Source: a virus (lineage: Duplodnaviria; Caudoviricetes). Taken from it: DNA of 51,129 nucleotides. Shown here one piece after another: positions 8,924 to 18,570 of this stretch; positions within the stretch are counted from its first letter, which is position 1, and every line of letters begins with the position of its first letter. The notes under the pieces are model-generated. The model was not told the DNA's origin, made no database searches, and saw nothing but the letters and a program-made list of their open reading frames with translations. The translations under genes were made by a program, and so were the position numbers. The stretch spans positions 1-51,129 of IMG/VR virus record IMGVR_UViG_3300007965_000005. One strand, given 5' to 3'.

Positions 8924-9433
8924 ATGTATTAGATCGTCTGCGACGACAAGGAAGCCAACGTATTCGAAGGCCGCTACCAGGGACGCACCCGAGGCGAGGC
9001 TTTGAAATTCCTCAAGCAGTCCCTCGGGCGCAAGACGCTCAACGGACTGGTCTTCACTATCACCGAAATCCCGGTGCCACTGATCCGCGAGATCGTCGCG
9101 GAGATCCTCGCCGGTGGCGACGGCAACAACGTCACGCCTGCCGCGAACGTCGTGTCGATCACCCGCTCCGAACCCGAAGCCAGCCCGGGACGTTACGACG
9201 CGTTTGCCGACGCGGCTGAGGCCGAACCAACGCCTGCGGAGGCCACGCCACCCAAGGCGAAGGTATCCAAGCCCGCCAAGAAGGTCGGCAATCCCGGCCA
9301 CGGTGACGAGCACTGGACCAAGGTGAAAGCCCACTGGTTGAAATGCCGCAGTGTGAAGCAGACCGCCGACCACTTCGGCCTGTCGCCCAACACCTTGAAG
9401 ACCCGTATCCGCAGGGAGGGCTGGAACAAATGA
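8924..9433 (+). pseudogene. HTH protein paralogue with in-frame TAG at 8930-8932
   Basis: Reads MY*IVCDDK..FEGRYQGRTRG versus LYWIACDDK..FEGRYQGRTRG in paralogues; same frame as ORF 9002..9433. Confidence 0.7.
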
Positions 9434-9765
9434 GCGCACCGGAATGGAACCCGACCGTCGGCGGTGGCGCGACCGTCTGCCACTACTCCGACCGCACCGC
9501 CTGCACGGTGATCCGCGTCAGCCCGAGCGGTAAGACACTCTGGATGCAGGAGGACATCGCCACTCTCGACGATTGGAAACCGGAGATCGTCCCTGGCGGG
9601 TTCGCCGGCCACTGTGTGAACAACGCCGAACAGCGGTATGCCTATCAGCCGAATCCGCAGGGTGTGATCCATCGTGCCAGCCGCCGCAAAGACCACAGGA
9701 TCCGCACCACCAACGGCGAGTCGGTCATTCCCGGCCGCCATCACTTCCACGACTACAACTTCTGA
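9430..9765 (+). CDS. Phage hypothetical protein
   Basis: ATGA overlap upstream, TGATG overlap downstream. Confidence 0.7.
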   Translation: MSAPEWNPTVGGGATVCHYSDRTACTVIRVSPSGKTLWMQEDIATLDDWKPEIVPGGFAGHCVNNAEQRYAYQPNPQGVIHRASRRKDHRIRTTNGESVIPGRHHFHDYNF

Positions 9766-10004
9766 TGAAGGTCGCAGTCGAAAAATACCGCAAACCCGAT
9801 GGCTACCTCACGCGCTACTGGTCGGTGCTGGTGGATGGCGAACTGCTCGCCGTCACCCTCTACCGCAAGGGCGCGGAGGCCGTCGCAAAGGCCATCACCA
9901 ACCCCAACTTAGATCCCCATGTCTCGACCCTTGAAGATTCTCCCAACCCTGCCGCCACGCCCCACAAGCCCACCGCTGGCGTGGCGTCCTACCGGACCCG
10001 ATGA
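9765..10004 (+). CDS. Small hypothetical protein (MKVAVEKYRK...)
   Basis: Paralogue of 1169 and 41259 (LLAVTLYRKGA). Confidence 0.65.
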   Translation: MKVAVEKYRKPDGYLTRYWSVLVDGELLAVTLYRKGAEAVAKAITNPNLDPHVSTLEDSPNPAATPHKPTAGVASYRTR

Positions 10005-10587
10005 CCTCTGCGGGCCCGCCGCCACCGTCGCCGCTCGCCTTGTCGCCAAAGCTCGCAAGCTCCACGACGATCCCACGGCTCCGGTGAAAATCCTGCTCTA
10101 CGGCCCGCCCGGTGTCGGCAAGACCAGCATCGCCGACATGGTGGCCGACGAGTTGGCCGGCACCCGCTTCGCCGTCGAGGAATTCAACGGCAAGCTCGTC
10201 ACCGTTGAAACCGTGAAGCAGTGGATGGGCACGCTGGGTGTCTGTTCGCTGTTCGGAGTCTATTCGGTGAAGATCATCAACGAAATGGATCGCTGCACGC
10301 GGGACGCACAGGACTTGCTCCTGAGCTACCTCGACCGACTGCCGCCGGGTCGCGCCGTGATCGGCACCAGCAACCTGCAACTCGACCTGCTCACCGAGCG
10401 GTTCCAGACGCGCTTCCAGTCGATCAAGCTCGCCGCCCCGACCACTGAGGAAATCGCAGTCATGCTCCGCCGCCATTGGCCCGTCGATGAAGCGACCTCC
10501 CTTCGGATTGCGGTCGGCAGCGGTGGATGCGTCCGAGCCGCACTCGCCGATCTGGAATCCTGGCTGGATGCGGAGGGACTGTCATGA
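9919..10587 (+). CDS. AAA+ ATPase, clamp-loader/RarA-like
   Basis: Walker A GPPGVGKT, Walker B IINEMD, sensor GTSN, Arg finger FQTRF. Confidence 0.8.
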   Translation: MSRPLKILPTLPPRPTSPPLAWRPTGPDDLCGPAATVAARLVAKARKLHDDPTAPVKILLYGPPGVGKTSIADMVADELAGTRFAVEEFNGKLVTVETVKQWMGTLGVCSLFGVYSVKIINEMDRCTRDAQDLLLSYLDRLPPGRAVIGTSNLQLDLLTERFQTRFQSIKLAAPTTEEIAVMLRRHWPVDEATSLRIAVGSGGCVRAALADLESWLDAEGLS

Positions 10588-10647
10588 AGGTGCGACTCCA
10601 GCGGCCCGCTCAAGTCATCCATGCCGTTGACACCATCCAAAGCGACG

Positions 10648-11304
10648 ATGACGGATGATTCTCCCAAAGCCCGCACTCTCGCCAATGGCATCGAAGTCTG
10701 GTGCAGCTTCGACAAACTCGTGCCGGTCGGTGAGTTGAAGTCCAACCCCCGCAACCCGAACACCCACCCTCAGCGGCAGATCGAACTGCTCGCCAAGAAC
10801 ATCCGCTACTTCGGATGGCGGCAGACGATCACCGTTTCCAATCTCACCGGACTGATCGTCTCCGGGCACGGTCGTCTGATGGCCGCCAAGCACCTCGGCG
10901 TGGAAGTCGTGCCGGTGGACTACCAGGACTTCGCCAGCGAGAACGATGAACTCGCCGTGCTGGTCGCCGACAACCGTCTGGCCGAGCTTTCCTCGGTCGA
11001 TCTCAACGAGCTCGAAAAGATCGCCAGCGAATGGAAAGCCGCCGACTTCGACACGATCCTTGCGGGTTTTGAGCCTGCCGACCTCGAAGGACTGCTCAAT
11101 CCCGGTGGCGATGAGGACGATGAGGATGACGATGACCGCCACGACAAGGAACTCGATAAGAGCGATGTCACGGTCGCGGTCGGACTCTACCGGTTCCGCA
11201 TCAGCCAGGATGAATTCATCGCGTGGTGTGACCGCGTGAAACAGGACGCCGGTTTCGACAAGGAAAGCGTGCTCAACGAAATCCGCAGCCGCCTCGGACT
11301 ATGA
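10648..11304 (+). CDS. ParB/Srx N-terminal domain protein
   Basis: NPRNPNTH, IVSGHGRLMAA, ADNRLAE motifs; start placed by upstream motif. Confidence 0.85.
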   Translation: MTDDSPKARTLANGIEVWCSFDKLVPVGELKSNPRNPNTHPQRQIELLAKNIRYFGWRQTITVSNLTGLIVSGHGRLMAAKHLGVEVVPVDYQDFASENDELAVLVADNRLAELSSVDLNELEKIASEWKAADFDTILAGFEPADLEGLLNPGGDEDDEDDDDRHDKELDKSDVTVAVGLYRFRISQDEFIAWCDRVKQDAGFDKESVLNEIRSRLGL

Positions 11305-12815
11305 AGATCACCCTCGAACCCATCGACGCCATTCGACCATCGACCTACAACCCACGGTCAGCGGTTGCCGAGCGGCTTGACCTGATCGAGCTATCGCTCC
11401 GCAAGCTCGGTTTCATCGCCCCGATCTTCGCCGACTCGGACGGCGAAATTCTATCCGGCCACCAGCGCCACCTCGTGGCATCGCGCATGGGAGCAACACA
11501 CGTCCCCGTATCCCGCACGAAGGCGCTCGATCTCGACCAACGCAAGGCGCTCAACATCGTGTTCAACCGGGCGACCAACGATTTCGATTTCAACAGCACA
11601 CCCGGCAGGGTCACCAGTGAGCTGCAATCACTGGACATCCAGGCACTCGCTGCCCGCATCCCCGACAAAGAGGTCGGCAGTGATGATTTCCTACGATGCC
11701 TCAAGCCCGTAGAAGTGAGCGTCAAAGATCTCTGCAAGGTGAACTCAGGGCGCTGGATCCAATATGCCCGCAACCTCGCCCGCACGCTTCATCGCCACGG
11801 CATTCTCATGCCCATCGTCTGCCGCGAGGACCTCACGGTCATCAACGGCATCGGCAGACTGGAAATGCTCGCCGAAAAAGGAGCTGCCTTCGCGCCGGTC
11901 GTGTTCGTCACCGAAGAGGAGGCGGAATTTGCCCGAGCCATGATGAACTTGCTCTCGATGGATTTCGACATCCACACGCGGTATGCCGACATGCTGCGCT
12001 TCAACTCGTTCCGCAGGGCGCGACGGGTCAGACGCGAACTCGGCAACGGCTTCATCTTCGCCACTCATGGCGCGAAGCCGTGCAAGGACTTCGACATCGG
12101 CAAGGCATCCGACCGCGCCCGCTGGATCAAGGAGCATGGCACGACCATCCTCGACTTCGGTGCCGGCCACCTGACCGAAACCTTCCTCCTGCGGCAGGTC
12201 GGTATCGACTGCACTCCTTTTGAGCCCTACCGCCTCGGACCAGGGGGTATCAACAAGGCTGAGAGCGTGGAACTGGCACGCGCCTTTCTAGCCGAAGTGG
12301 CGGTGGGCAAGGAGTGGACGAGCATCTTCATCGCGAGCGTGCTGAACTCCGTGCCATTCCGTGAGGATCGCGAACACATCGCCTGCCTCTGCTCCGCCCT
12401 CTGCCGGCCATATACCAAGGTCTATGCCTGCGCATCGTCCGCAGGCGAATCCGGGTGGCGGCAGGTCAATGGCAAGGCGTTCATGAACGAGAGTAACGCG
12501 GGCAACATCGCGTTCCGCCTCGACTACGAACCGGGCATCCGCATCGGCGACTTCCAAGACAAACCGAAGGTTCAGAAGTATCACACCGTCGCGGAATTCA
12601 AGGATCTCTTCGGCACGTTCTTCCGCTCGGTGAAGGTGGATGACTTTTCCAACAACATCAACGCGGCCTGCGCGGCGGCACGTCCGGTTGATCCCGCCCG
12701 CCTCCGTGCGGCCATCGAATTTGAATTCAACCTGCCCTATCCGGACGGCACGCGCATGGATCTCGTGCAATGCGCCATGGACTCTTTCTCTCAACGTCTT
12801 CAGATTACCCTATGA
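11301..12815 (+). CDS. Tandem ParB-like domains fused to SAM-dependent transferase-like domain
   Basis: YNPR..ILSGHQR, second VINGIGR, then ILDFGAG motif I and SVLNSV. Confidence 0.75.
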   Translation: MKITLEPIDAIRPSTYNPRSAVAERLDLIELSLRKLGFIAPIFADSDGEILSGHQRHLVASRMGATHVPVSRTKALDLDQRKALNIVFNRATNDFDFNSTPGRVTSELQSLDIQALAARIPDKEVGSDDFLRCLKPVEVSVKDLCKVNSGRWIQYARNLARTLHRHGILMPIVCREDLTVINGIGRLEMLAEKGAAFAPVVFVTEEEAEFARAMMNLLSMDFDIHTRYADMLRFNSFRRARRVRRELGNGFIFATHGAKPCKDFDIGKASDRARWIKEHGTTILDFGAGHLTETFLLRQVGIDCTPFEPYRLGPGGINKAESVELARAFLAEVAVGKEWTSIFIASVLNSVPFREDREHIACLCSALCRPYTKVYACASSAGESGWRQVNGKAFMNESNAGNIAFRLDYEPGIRIGDFQDKPKVQKYHTVAEFKDLFGTFFRSVKVDDFSNNINAACAAARPVDPARLRAAIEFEFNLPYPDGTRMDLVQCAMDSFSQRLQITL

Positions 12816-13264
12816 TCATCCTGCTAGATCTCAACTACACGCTGGTGGCCAACAATCCGGCACGCGGCACCACGCCCGAGCGCATGGAGAAACGATTGGC
12901 CAATGAGCAATATCGCCAGTGGTTGGTGGAACTCGTCAGACCGCATACGGTCGTGCTCATCACCGCCCGCCCGGAAACCTGGACGATCAAGACGCTCGAC
13001 CGCATCGAGGAGCAAACCGGCTGGCGACCGCAGGACGCGTGCTTCGCTCCGAAAGGCTGGTGGAATCCACCGGCGATCAAAGAGCATCTGCTGAAAAAAG
13101 ACGTGTTCCCGACCCACGGCGAGGACGCCCGATACATCGCCATCGAGAGCAACCCGCGCAGTCGGGAAATGTATGCGAAGTTTTCCATCCCGTGCTTCTG
13201 GGTGGCGGAGGAAGGCACCTGCCTGACCGAGGGCACGCGGATCGTCAAACGCCTGCCTCGTTGA
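12812..13264 (+). CDS. HAD-superfamily (PNKP phosphatase-like) protein
   Basis: ILLDLNYTL (DxDxT variant), VVLITAR, K in PAIK; ATGA overlap. Confidence 0.65.
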   Translation: MIILLDLNYTLVANNPARGTTPERMEKRLANEQYRQWLVELVRPHTVVLITARPETWTIKTLDRIEEQTGWRPQDACFAPKGWWNPPAIKEHLLKKDVFPTHGEDARYIAIESNPRSREMYAKFSIPCFWVAEEGTCLTEGTRIVKRLPR

Positions 13265-13280
13265 CATCCGTCACGCGGGC

Positions 13281-14003
13281 ATGAGTGAAGCCCAACGTGA
13301 CGAGGTGATTCCACGCGGTGCCTGGCAGTTCGATCAGGAAGTGACCGCCGTGTTCGACGACATGCTCCAGCGGAGCATCCCGCAATACAACGCGATGCGG
13401 ATGGTGACCTTCGAGGTGGGTCGGCGCTTCGTGCAACCGGACACCGCCATCATCGACATGGGATGCTCCCGCGGCCAGGCGCTCCTGCCCTTCGTCGCCA
13501 ACTTCGGGGCGGCCAACGACTACATCGGCTTGGAAATCAGCGAGCCGATGATCCAGGCGGCACGCCAGAACTTCACCTACCACCCGCACGGCGACCGCGT
13601 CAGCATCCAGTCTGCCGACCTGCGCCACGAGTTCCCCGGTGTGACATCCAGCCTCGTGCTCTCGGTGCTCACCCTGCAATTCACCCCCATCGAATACCGC
13701 CAGAAGATCGTTCGCCGCGTGTTCGAGTCGCTGGCTCCGGGCGGTGCCTTCATCCTGGTGGAAAAGGTTCTCGGTGCCACCTCCAAGCTCGATGAGGCGT
13801 TTGTGGATCTCTTCCTGCAAATCAAGCGGGAGAACGGCTATTCGGACAGTCAGATCGACCGCAAGCGGATGTCGCTCGAAGGCGTGCTGGTGCCAGTCAC
13901 CGCCCGCTGGAACGAGGAGCTGCTCCATCAGGAAGGTTTCACGTCAGTCGATTGCTTCTGGCGGCACCTGAACTTCGCCGGGTGGGTGGCTGTCAAACCA
14001 TGA
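13281..14003 (+). CDS. cmoA: CmoA-like carboxy-SAM synthase / SAM methyltransferase
   Basis: WQFDQEVTAVFDDMLQRSIPQY, DMGCSRG, LTLQF, LVEK, KRENGYS..QIDRKRMSLEGVL follow CmoA motifs. Confidence 0.75.
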   Translation: MSEAQRDEVIPRGAWQFDQEVTAVFDDMLQRSIPQYNAMRMVTFEVGRRFVQPDTAIIDMGCSRGQALLPFVANFGAANDYIGLEISEPMIQAARQNFTYHPHGDRVSIQSADLRHEFPGVTSSLVLSVLTLQFTPIEYRQKIVRRVFESLAPGGAFILVEKVLGATSKLDEAFVDLFLQIKRENGYSDSQIDRKRMSLEGVLVPVTARWNEELLHQEGFTSVDCFWRHLNFAGWVAVKP

Positions 14004-14620
14004 GCAATCCACGATCTCACGACGAAGCGCGGCCAACTCTCGCCCCGGACATCGCCGAGAAGATCCTCGACGCCGATTTCCAGAACATCGTGAAAAAGGT
14101 CGCGGCGGGCAAACCGCTGACGGTGGCGGAACGCACCCGCATTGAGTCACGGGCGGCGGGTAGCATCGAAACGCTCGCCTACACCAAGACGCTCGTCGAA
14201 CTGGCCACCGTGCTCGGGGTTTCCCGCCGCACGCTTTCGACATGGCAGAAACTGGACGGGGCACCCAAGGCGCTTTCCAACGGACTCTGGCCGGTGGCCG
14301 ACTGGCGCGAATTCGTTCGGATGCGGGGCTTGAATGCCGGCCGCGTGCCGGTCGGAAACGAGGAGGCGCTCAAGGCTCGCAAGCTTCTGGCAGAGGTTGA
14401 GGAACGAGAGCTGCGCATCGCGGTGAAGAAGGGCGAATATGTTCCGCTCACCAAGGTTCGCGAGGAATGGATCGGCCTGGTCGCCCAGGCGACGTCCATC
14501 CTGCGAGCGAAATTCGAGAACGAGCTTCCACCCGTGCTCTCAGGGCTCGACGCAACCGGTATCCAGCGGGAATGCCGCAAGGCGATTGATGAAGTCCTGC
14601 TCTGCCTCCACGAATCATGA
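14000..14620 (+). CDS. Terminase small subunit (Nu1-like HTH plus coiled coil)
   Basis: ELATVLGVSRRTLSTWQK HTH; coupled to large terminase. Confidence 0.75.
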   Translation: MSNPRSHDEARPTLAPDIAEKILDADFQNIVKKVAAGKPLTVAERTRIESRAAGSIETLAYTKTLVELATVLGVSRRTLSTWQKLDGAPKALSNGLWPVADWREFVRMRGLNAGRVPVGNEEALKARKLLAEVEERELRIAVKKGEYVPLTKVREEWIGLVAQATSILRAKFENELPPVLSGLDATGIQRECRKAIDEVLLCLHES

Positions 14621-16437
14621 ACGCCCTCAAGGAAATCTGGCGCGAAGCGTGGCAACCACCCGACCGGCGACCGGCTTGGGCGTGGTGCGAGAATCACATC
14701 GAGGCCATCCCGTATTCACCCAACCCGGGACGCTTCCGTTCGGAGAACTCGCCGTGGATCCGGGAGGTCATGGAATCGTTGGTCGATCCGCGCATCCGAC
14801 TCGTGTCCATCATCGCGTCGGTTCAATCGTCCAAGACCACCGCGCCCGAGCTGACGCTTTGCTACATCATCTCCAACCTGCCGGGACCCGCGCTCTGGCT
14901 CGACCAGACGGACGAGGACGCCCGAGATTATTCCGAGTCGCGCCTGCAGAAACTCTTCGACCAGTGCCAGCCGGTCGCACGGCTCATGCCCACCGGCATC
15001 CACCGACACAAGCGCAAGAACAACGCGATTCAGTTCAACAACGGGATGACGCTCTGGATTCTCGGGGCGCACAACAAGACCAACCTGCAACGCCGTTCGA
15101 TCCGCTGGTTGATCGGTGACGAAACCTGGCGCTGGCCGCAGGGGCACATGGCGGAAGCCGAGGCACGCGTCACCGCATTCGGATGGCTGGGCAAGTGCAT
15201 CTTCATGAGCCAGGGCGGCGAAGAAGACGACGATACCCACCGCAAGTTCGAGATGACCGACCAGCGCGAGTGGACATTCGCCTGTCCGGAGTGCCATCAC
15301 CGCCAACCTTTCAAGTGGGAGTGCGTCGAATGGAGCAAGTCTGCCCGCGATGAAGCGGGCGAGTGGGATTTCGATGAGGTTCGCCGCACCACCGCGATGC
15401 GCTGCGAATCGTGCAACCATTACTTCAACGATGGCGAGCGCACCCGCCGCGAACTCAACGCCACCGGGGCATTCGTCGCCAAGAACCCGAAAGCATCGAA
15501 GGAAAACGTCGGCTTCCACTGGAACGCCCTGTGCGCGATGAGCTGGGGACAGCTTGCCGAACTCTATCTGCGGGCGAAGGCGGCGGCGCGGAAGGGTGAC
15601 GTTTCGTTGCTGCAACAGTTCTATCAGAAGCGCCTCGGCCTGCCGTGGCGGGAATACGTCGAGGACTACAAGCTGGAGATCGTCAAATCCGGCTACAAGC
15701 GCGGTGAGACGTGGGAAGAGGAAGGGGCAATTGATCCGAACAGTGGACGTGTGATTTCCGCTCCGCTGCCCGAGCGCACCGGACTGATTCCGCTGCGGTT
15801 CATCACGGTGGACTGCCAGATGGATCACCTCTTCGCCGTGGTTCGCTCGTGGTCTGCGGAAGGATCAAGCCGCCTGGTATGGAACGAACGCATCCTGACC
15901 TTCACCGACATCGACGTGCTGCAGGAACGCTTCGAGATTCACCCAAGCCTTGTATTCCTCGACGCCGGCTATGCGACCTATGACGTCTATCGCGAGTGTG
16001 CCAAGCGCGGCTGGGTGGCTCTTATCGGCGACCGCCGCCCGGTCTATGCCCACAAGGGGCGCGACCGTAAGACCGTCCAGCGGTTCTACTCACCCCGGAG
16101 AAAAGTCGTGCTTTCGCACCGGCAGTCCTGCCACGTCCACTATTGGAGCAACCTCAACATCAAGGACACGCTCGCCCGCCTGCGTCGCAATCAGGATGCG
16201 TCCCAAGGGCCAACGTGGGAAGTGCCGGACGACATCGACGACGACTACCTTGCCCAGATGGAGAGCGAGCAGCGCATCAAGGAAAAGGGCCAGTGGATGT
16301 GGAAGCAGATCGGCTCCCGACCGAACCACTACCTGGACTGCGAGGCGATGCAGGCGACTGCTGCGACCATGCTCAAGATCGTCGGTCGCGAGTCCATCGC
16401 ATCCACCCCGGTTGACACTCCGGACGGGGAGTCATGA
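14617..16437 (+). CDS. Terminase large subunit, lambda GpA family
   Basis: SVQSSKT, LIGDE, CPEC/CESC, TVDCQ, NHYLDC. Confidence 0.92.
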   Translation: MNALKEIWREAWQPPDRRPAWAWCENHIEAIPYSPNPGRFRSENSPWIREVMESLVDPRIRLVSIIASVQSSKTTAPELTLCYIISNLPGPALWLDQTDEDARDYSESRLQKLFDQCQPVARLMPTGIHRHKRKNNAIQFNNGMTLWILGAHNKTNLQRRSIRWLIGDETWRWPQGHMAEAEARVTAFGWLGKCIFMSQGGEEDDDTHRKFEMTDQREWTFACPECHHRQPFKWECVEWSKSARDEAGEWDFDEVRRTTAMRCESCNHYFNDGERTRRELNATGAFVAKNPKASKENVGFHWNALCAMSWGQLAELYLRAKAAARKGDVSLLQQFYQKRLGLPWREYVEDYKLEIVKSGYKRGETWEEEGAIDPNSGRVISAPLPERTGLIPLRFITVDCQMDHLFAVVRSWSAEGSSRLVWNERILTFTDIDVLQERFEIHPSLVFLDAGYATYDVYRECAKRGWVALIGDRRPVYAHKGRDRKTVQRFYSPRRKVVLSHRQSCHVHYWSNLNIKDTLARLRRNQDASQGPTWEVPDDIDDDYLAQMESEQRIKEKGQWMWKQIGSRPNHYLDCEAMQATAATMLKIVGRESIASTPVDTPDGES

Positions 16438-16811
16438 AAACCGTCACCATCCTTCGCTTCCTCACGTTCCTTGGTTCGGGCCTCTCCACGCTGGCCGCGC
16501 TCGATCTTACCGGTGTTGCCAGTCTGCTTGATCCAGGCATGGCGAAATACCTGCTCGCCGCCGGACCCGCCGCGCTCGCCGTGAAAGAACTCGTCGTCGT
16601 GCTCGGCGACCTCTTCGACGACGGCAAGCCCAACAAGTCGTTCAAGATCGGCCTGTTCTGCTTTGCCATGGCGGTGATGACCCTGCCGTTCCTGACCTCC
16701 TGCGCCACGCCCCCAGGCTTGACGGGTGAATTCATCAGCAAGGACGGGCTGATCCGAGTCAATCCGGACGGCCGCGTCGAGATCGTGGTTGAACCCCGCA
16801 CCGCCAAGTAA
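16434..16811 (+). CDS. Membrane protein, holin/spanin-like
   Basis: Several hydrophobic segments, internal FLTSC lipobox-like motif, directly before endolysin. Confidence 0.55.
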   Translation: MKTVTILRFLTFLGSGLSTLAALDLTGVASLLDPGMAKYLLAAGPAALAVKELVVVLGDLFDDGKPNKSFKIGLFCFAMAVMTLPFLTSCATPPGLTGEFISKDGLIRVNPDGRVEIVVEPRTAK

Positions 16812-16828
16812 GCTTGGAGCCACGGACC

Positions 16829-17407
16829 ATGAGCGCGATGCTTTGGACAAGAATCCAGGAATTCCTCGGAATCACAGCCGATGGCGTTCCGGGCAATCAG
16901 ACCGCTCAGGCCGTGGCAGTCAGACTTGGAATTGATGCCGCTTCACCAGCGTCCAATCCATCCAGTGCCACCATTGATCCTCGATCCGCAGGCAACATTG
17001 CCACTCTCAAGCCAGAGGCACAGATCAAAGCCCGCGAGTGGCTGCTCAAGTGTCTGGAGGCGGGTATCAATGTAAAGATCATCACCGGCACCCGGACCTA
17101 TCAGAAGCAGGCCGCGCTCTATGCCAAAGGCCGCACGGCACCGGGACAAAGAGTCACCAATGCCCGCCCGGGCTACTCTTGGCACAACTTCGGTGTAGCG
17201 TGGGACTTCGTTGTGTTCGATGCCAAGGGCGAACCATTGTGGGACAGTCCGCTGATGAAAAAGTGCGGTGAGATTGCCGAATCACTCGGCCTTGAATGGG
17301 GTGGTCGGTGGACCAGCTTTCCCGACATCCCGCACATCCAGATCAAGACTGGCTACACGCTGGCTCAAGCACGTCAGCAAGTTGCGGCTGGCACATGGAT
17401 TCTCTAG
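16829..17407 (+). CDS. Endolysin, M15 family peptidase with short PG-binding-like N-terminus
   Basis: SWHNFGVAWD, LEWGGRW, DIPH; IQEFLGITADGVPG. Confidence 0.9.
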   Translation: MSAMLWTRIQEFLGITADGVPGNQTAQAVAVRLGIDAASPASNPSSATIDPRSAGNIATLKPEAQIKAREWLLKCLEAGINVKIITGTRTYQKQAALYAKGRTAPGQRVTNARPGYSWHNFGVAWDFVVFDAKGEPLWDSPLMKKCGEIAESLGLEWGGRWTSFPDIPHIQIKTGYTLAQARQQVAAGTWIL

Positions 17408-18192
17408 TGGGTTAGCACGTCTGACGCGCTACTGAGTCGAACCGCTTCACAAATCGGTTCGTACAATCCTTTGATGTCGCAAATTTTACCGTAGGAAAAA
17501 TGATAGGTGTCCACCAATAGGGATCGGCGAATTCCGGTGTCGAGCCAGTAGGAATTCGCATACTCCGACTTATGAATTGGGGTCAATGTGCCTAGTGATT
17601 CAAGCATTTCACCGAGACCCATGGTTACGATGACTTCAGGGTCAAGGATGCCAATCTCTTCACGGATAAAATTTCGTTTTTGGGTGGAAATTTCGTGAGC
17701 TATTTTTATTACTTCAAAGTCGGACTGAAATTTCTCACTCTCATTGCTAAGTTTTGAAATATTCATGAATGCGAAGCTGATGCCGGCGTCTTCCCCGAAC
17801 GTGTCACCTATGTCGTCGGCGTTCGGAATTTCCTGCCAGTTTGGCATCCCGTTGATGAGGCCGAATGCGATGTAAATCATCCTTTTGTGAAACCAATTGG
17901 CATTGATGTGTTGATCGCCTATGTATTTGGTGTTGCGATACGCATCGTAGAGCACCTCCATATAGTTGCACCCCGAGATATACCTAGATTCCCTTCCAAT
18001 AAAAAGGATCCTTGGTTTTTGCTCAAAGTAATTCGGGTAAAATCCGTCGAAAACCATTCCTTCAGCATCATGCTTTTCCAGCTTTGCTTCGTTGTCGGTG
18101 AAACAACCATGCCAGTCACGGAAGAGTTTCTCCAACAAGTCCAAATTTGGACGGTCTTTTTCTGAGAATGGAAGATCTGGGATGAATTTCAC
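17404..18192 (-). CDS. Low-GC moron, uracil-DNA-glycosylase superfamily-like
   Basis: ILFIGRE, FMNISK, EIGILDPEVIVTMG, TYHFS; antisense to the late operon. Confidence 0.6.
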   Translation of the reverse strand: MKFIPDLPFSEKDRPNLDLLEKLFRDWHGCFTDNEAKLEKHDAEGMVFDGFYPNYFEQKPRILFIGRESRYISGCNYMEVLYDAYRNTKYIGDQHINANWFHKRMIYIAFGLINGMPNWQEIPNADDIGDTFGEDAGISFAFMNISKLSNESEKFQSDFEVIKIAHEISTQKRNFIREEIGILDPEVIVTMGLGEMLESLGTLTPIHKSEYANSYWLDTGIRRSLLVDTYHFSYGKICDIKGLYEPICEAVRLSSASDVLTH

Positions 18193-18309
18193 TCAAGAAA
18201 TCCTGACCACGCCTTACGCCGAGTCGAGCGGATTCGAGAATCACCGCAAATAGGCGCATTGAGTTTTCAGTGCAAGGGGTGCTTGGCTTGTTGACACCCG
18301 TCGCCGTGC

Positions 18310-18570
18310 ATGGCACGCGGACTCTTCATCACCGGCTTCACGATTTCAGAGGTGCTGGCCATCCAGCAGCGGGCGAAGGATTTGCTCCTCGAAGGCAAGA
18401 CCATCATGAACTGGAACGACGCGGAAACGTCGGTTTCCAAGCAGTTCACGATGCCGGTGGATCAGGTGCTTGAAGAGTGCAGCCATGCGCTCCGCGTCCT
18501 TGACCCGGTCACCTATGGCAAGCCGCGCATCGCCGCAGCTTCCTTCATCTCCGGCCATCTCCCGAAATGA
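18310..18570 (+). CDS. Head-tail joining protein (gpW position)
   Basis: 86 aa directly before lambda-type portal. Confidence 0.6.
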   Translation: MARGLFITGFTISEVLAIQQRAKDLLLEGKTIMNWNDAETSVSKQFTMPVDQVLEECSHALRVLDPVTYGKPRIAAASFISGHLPK

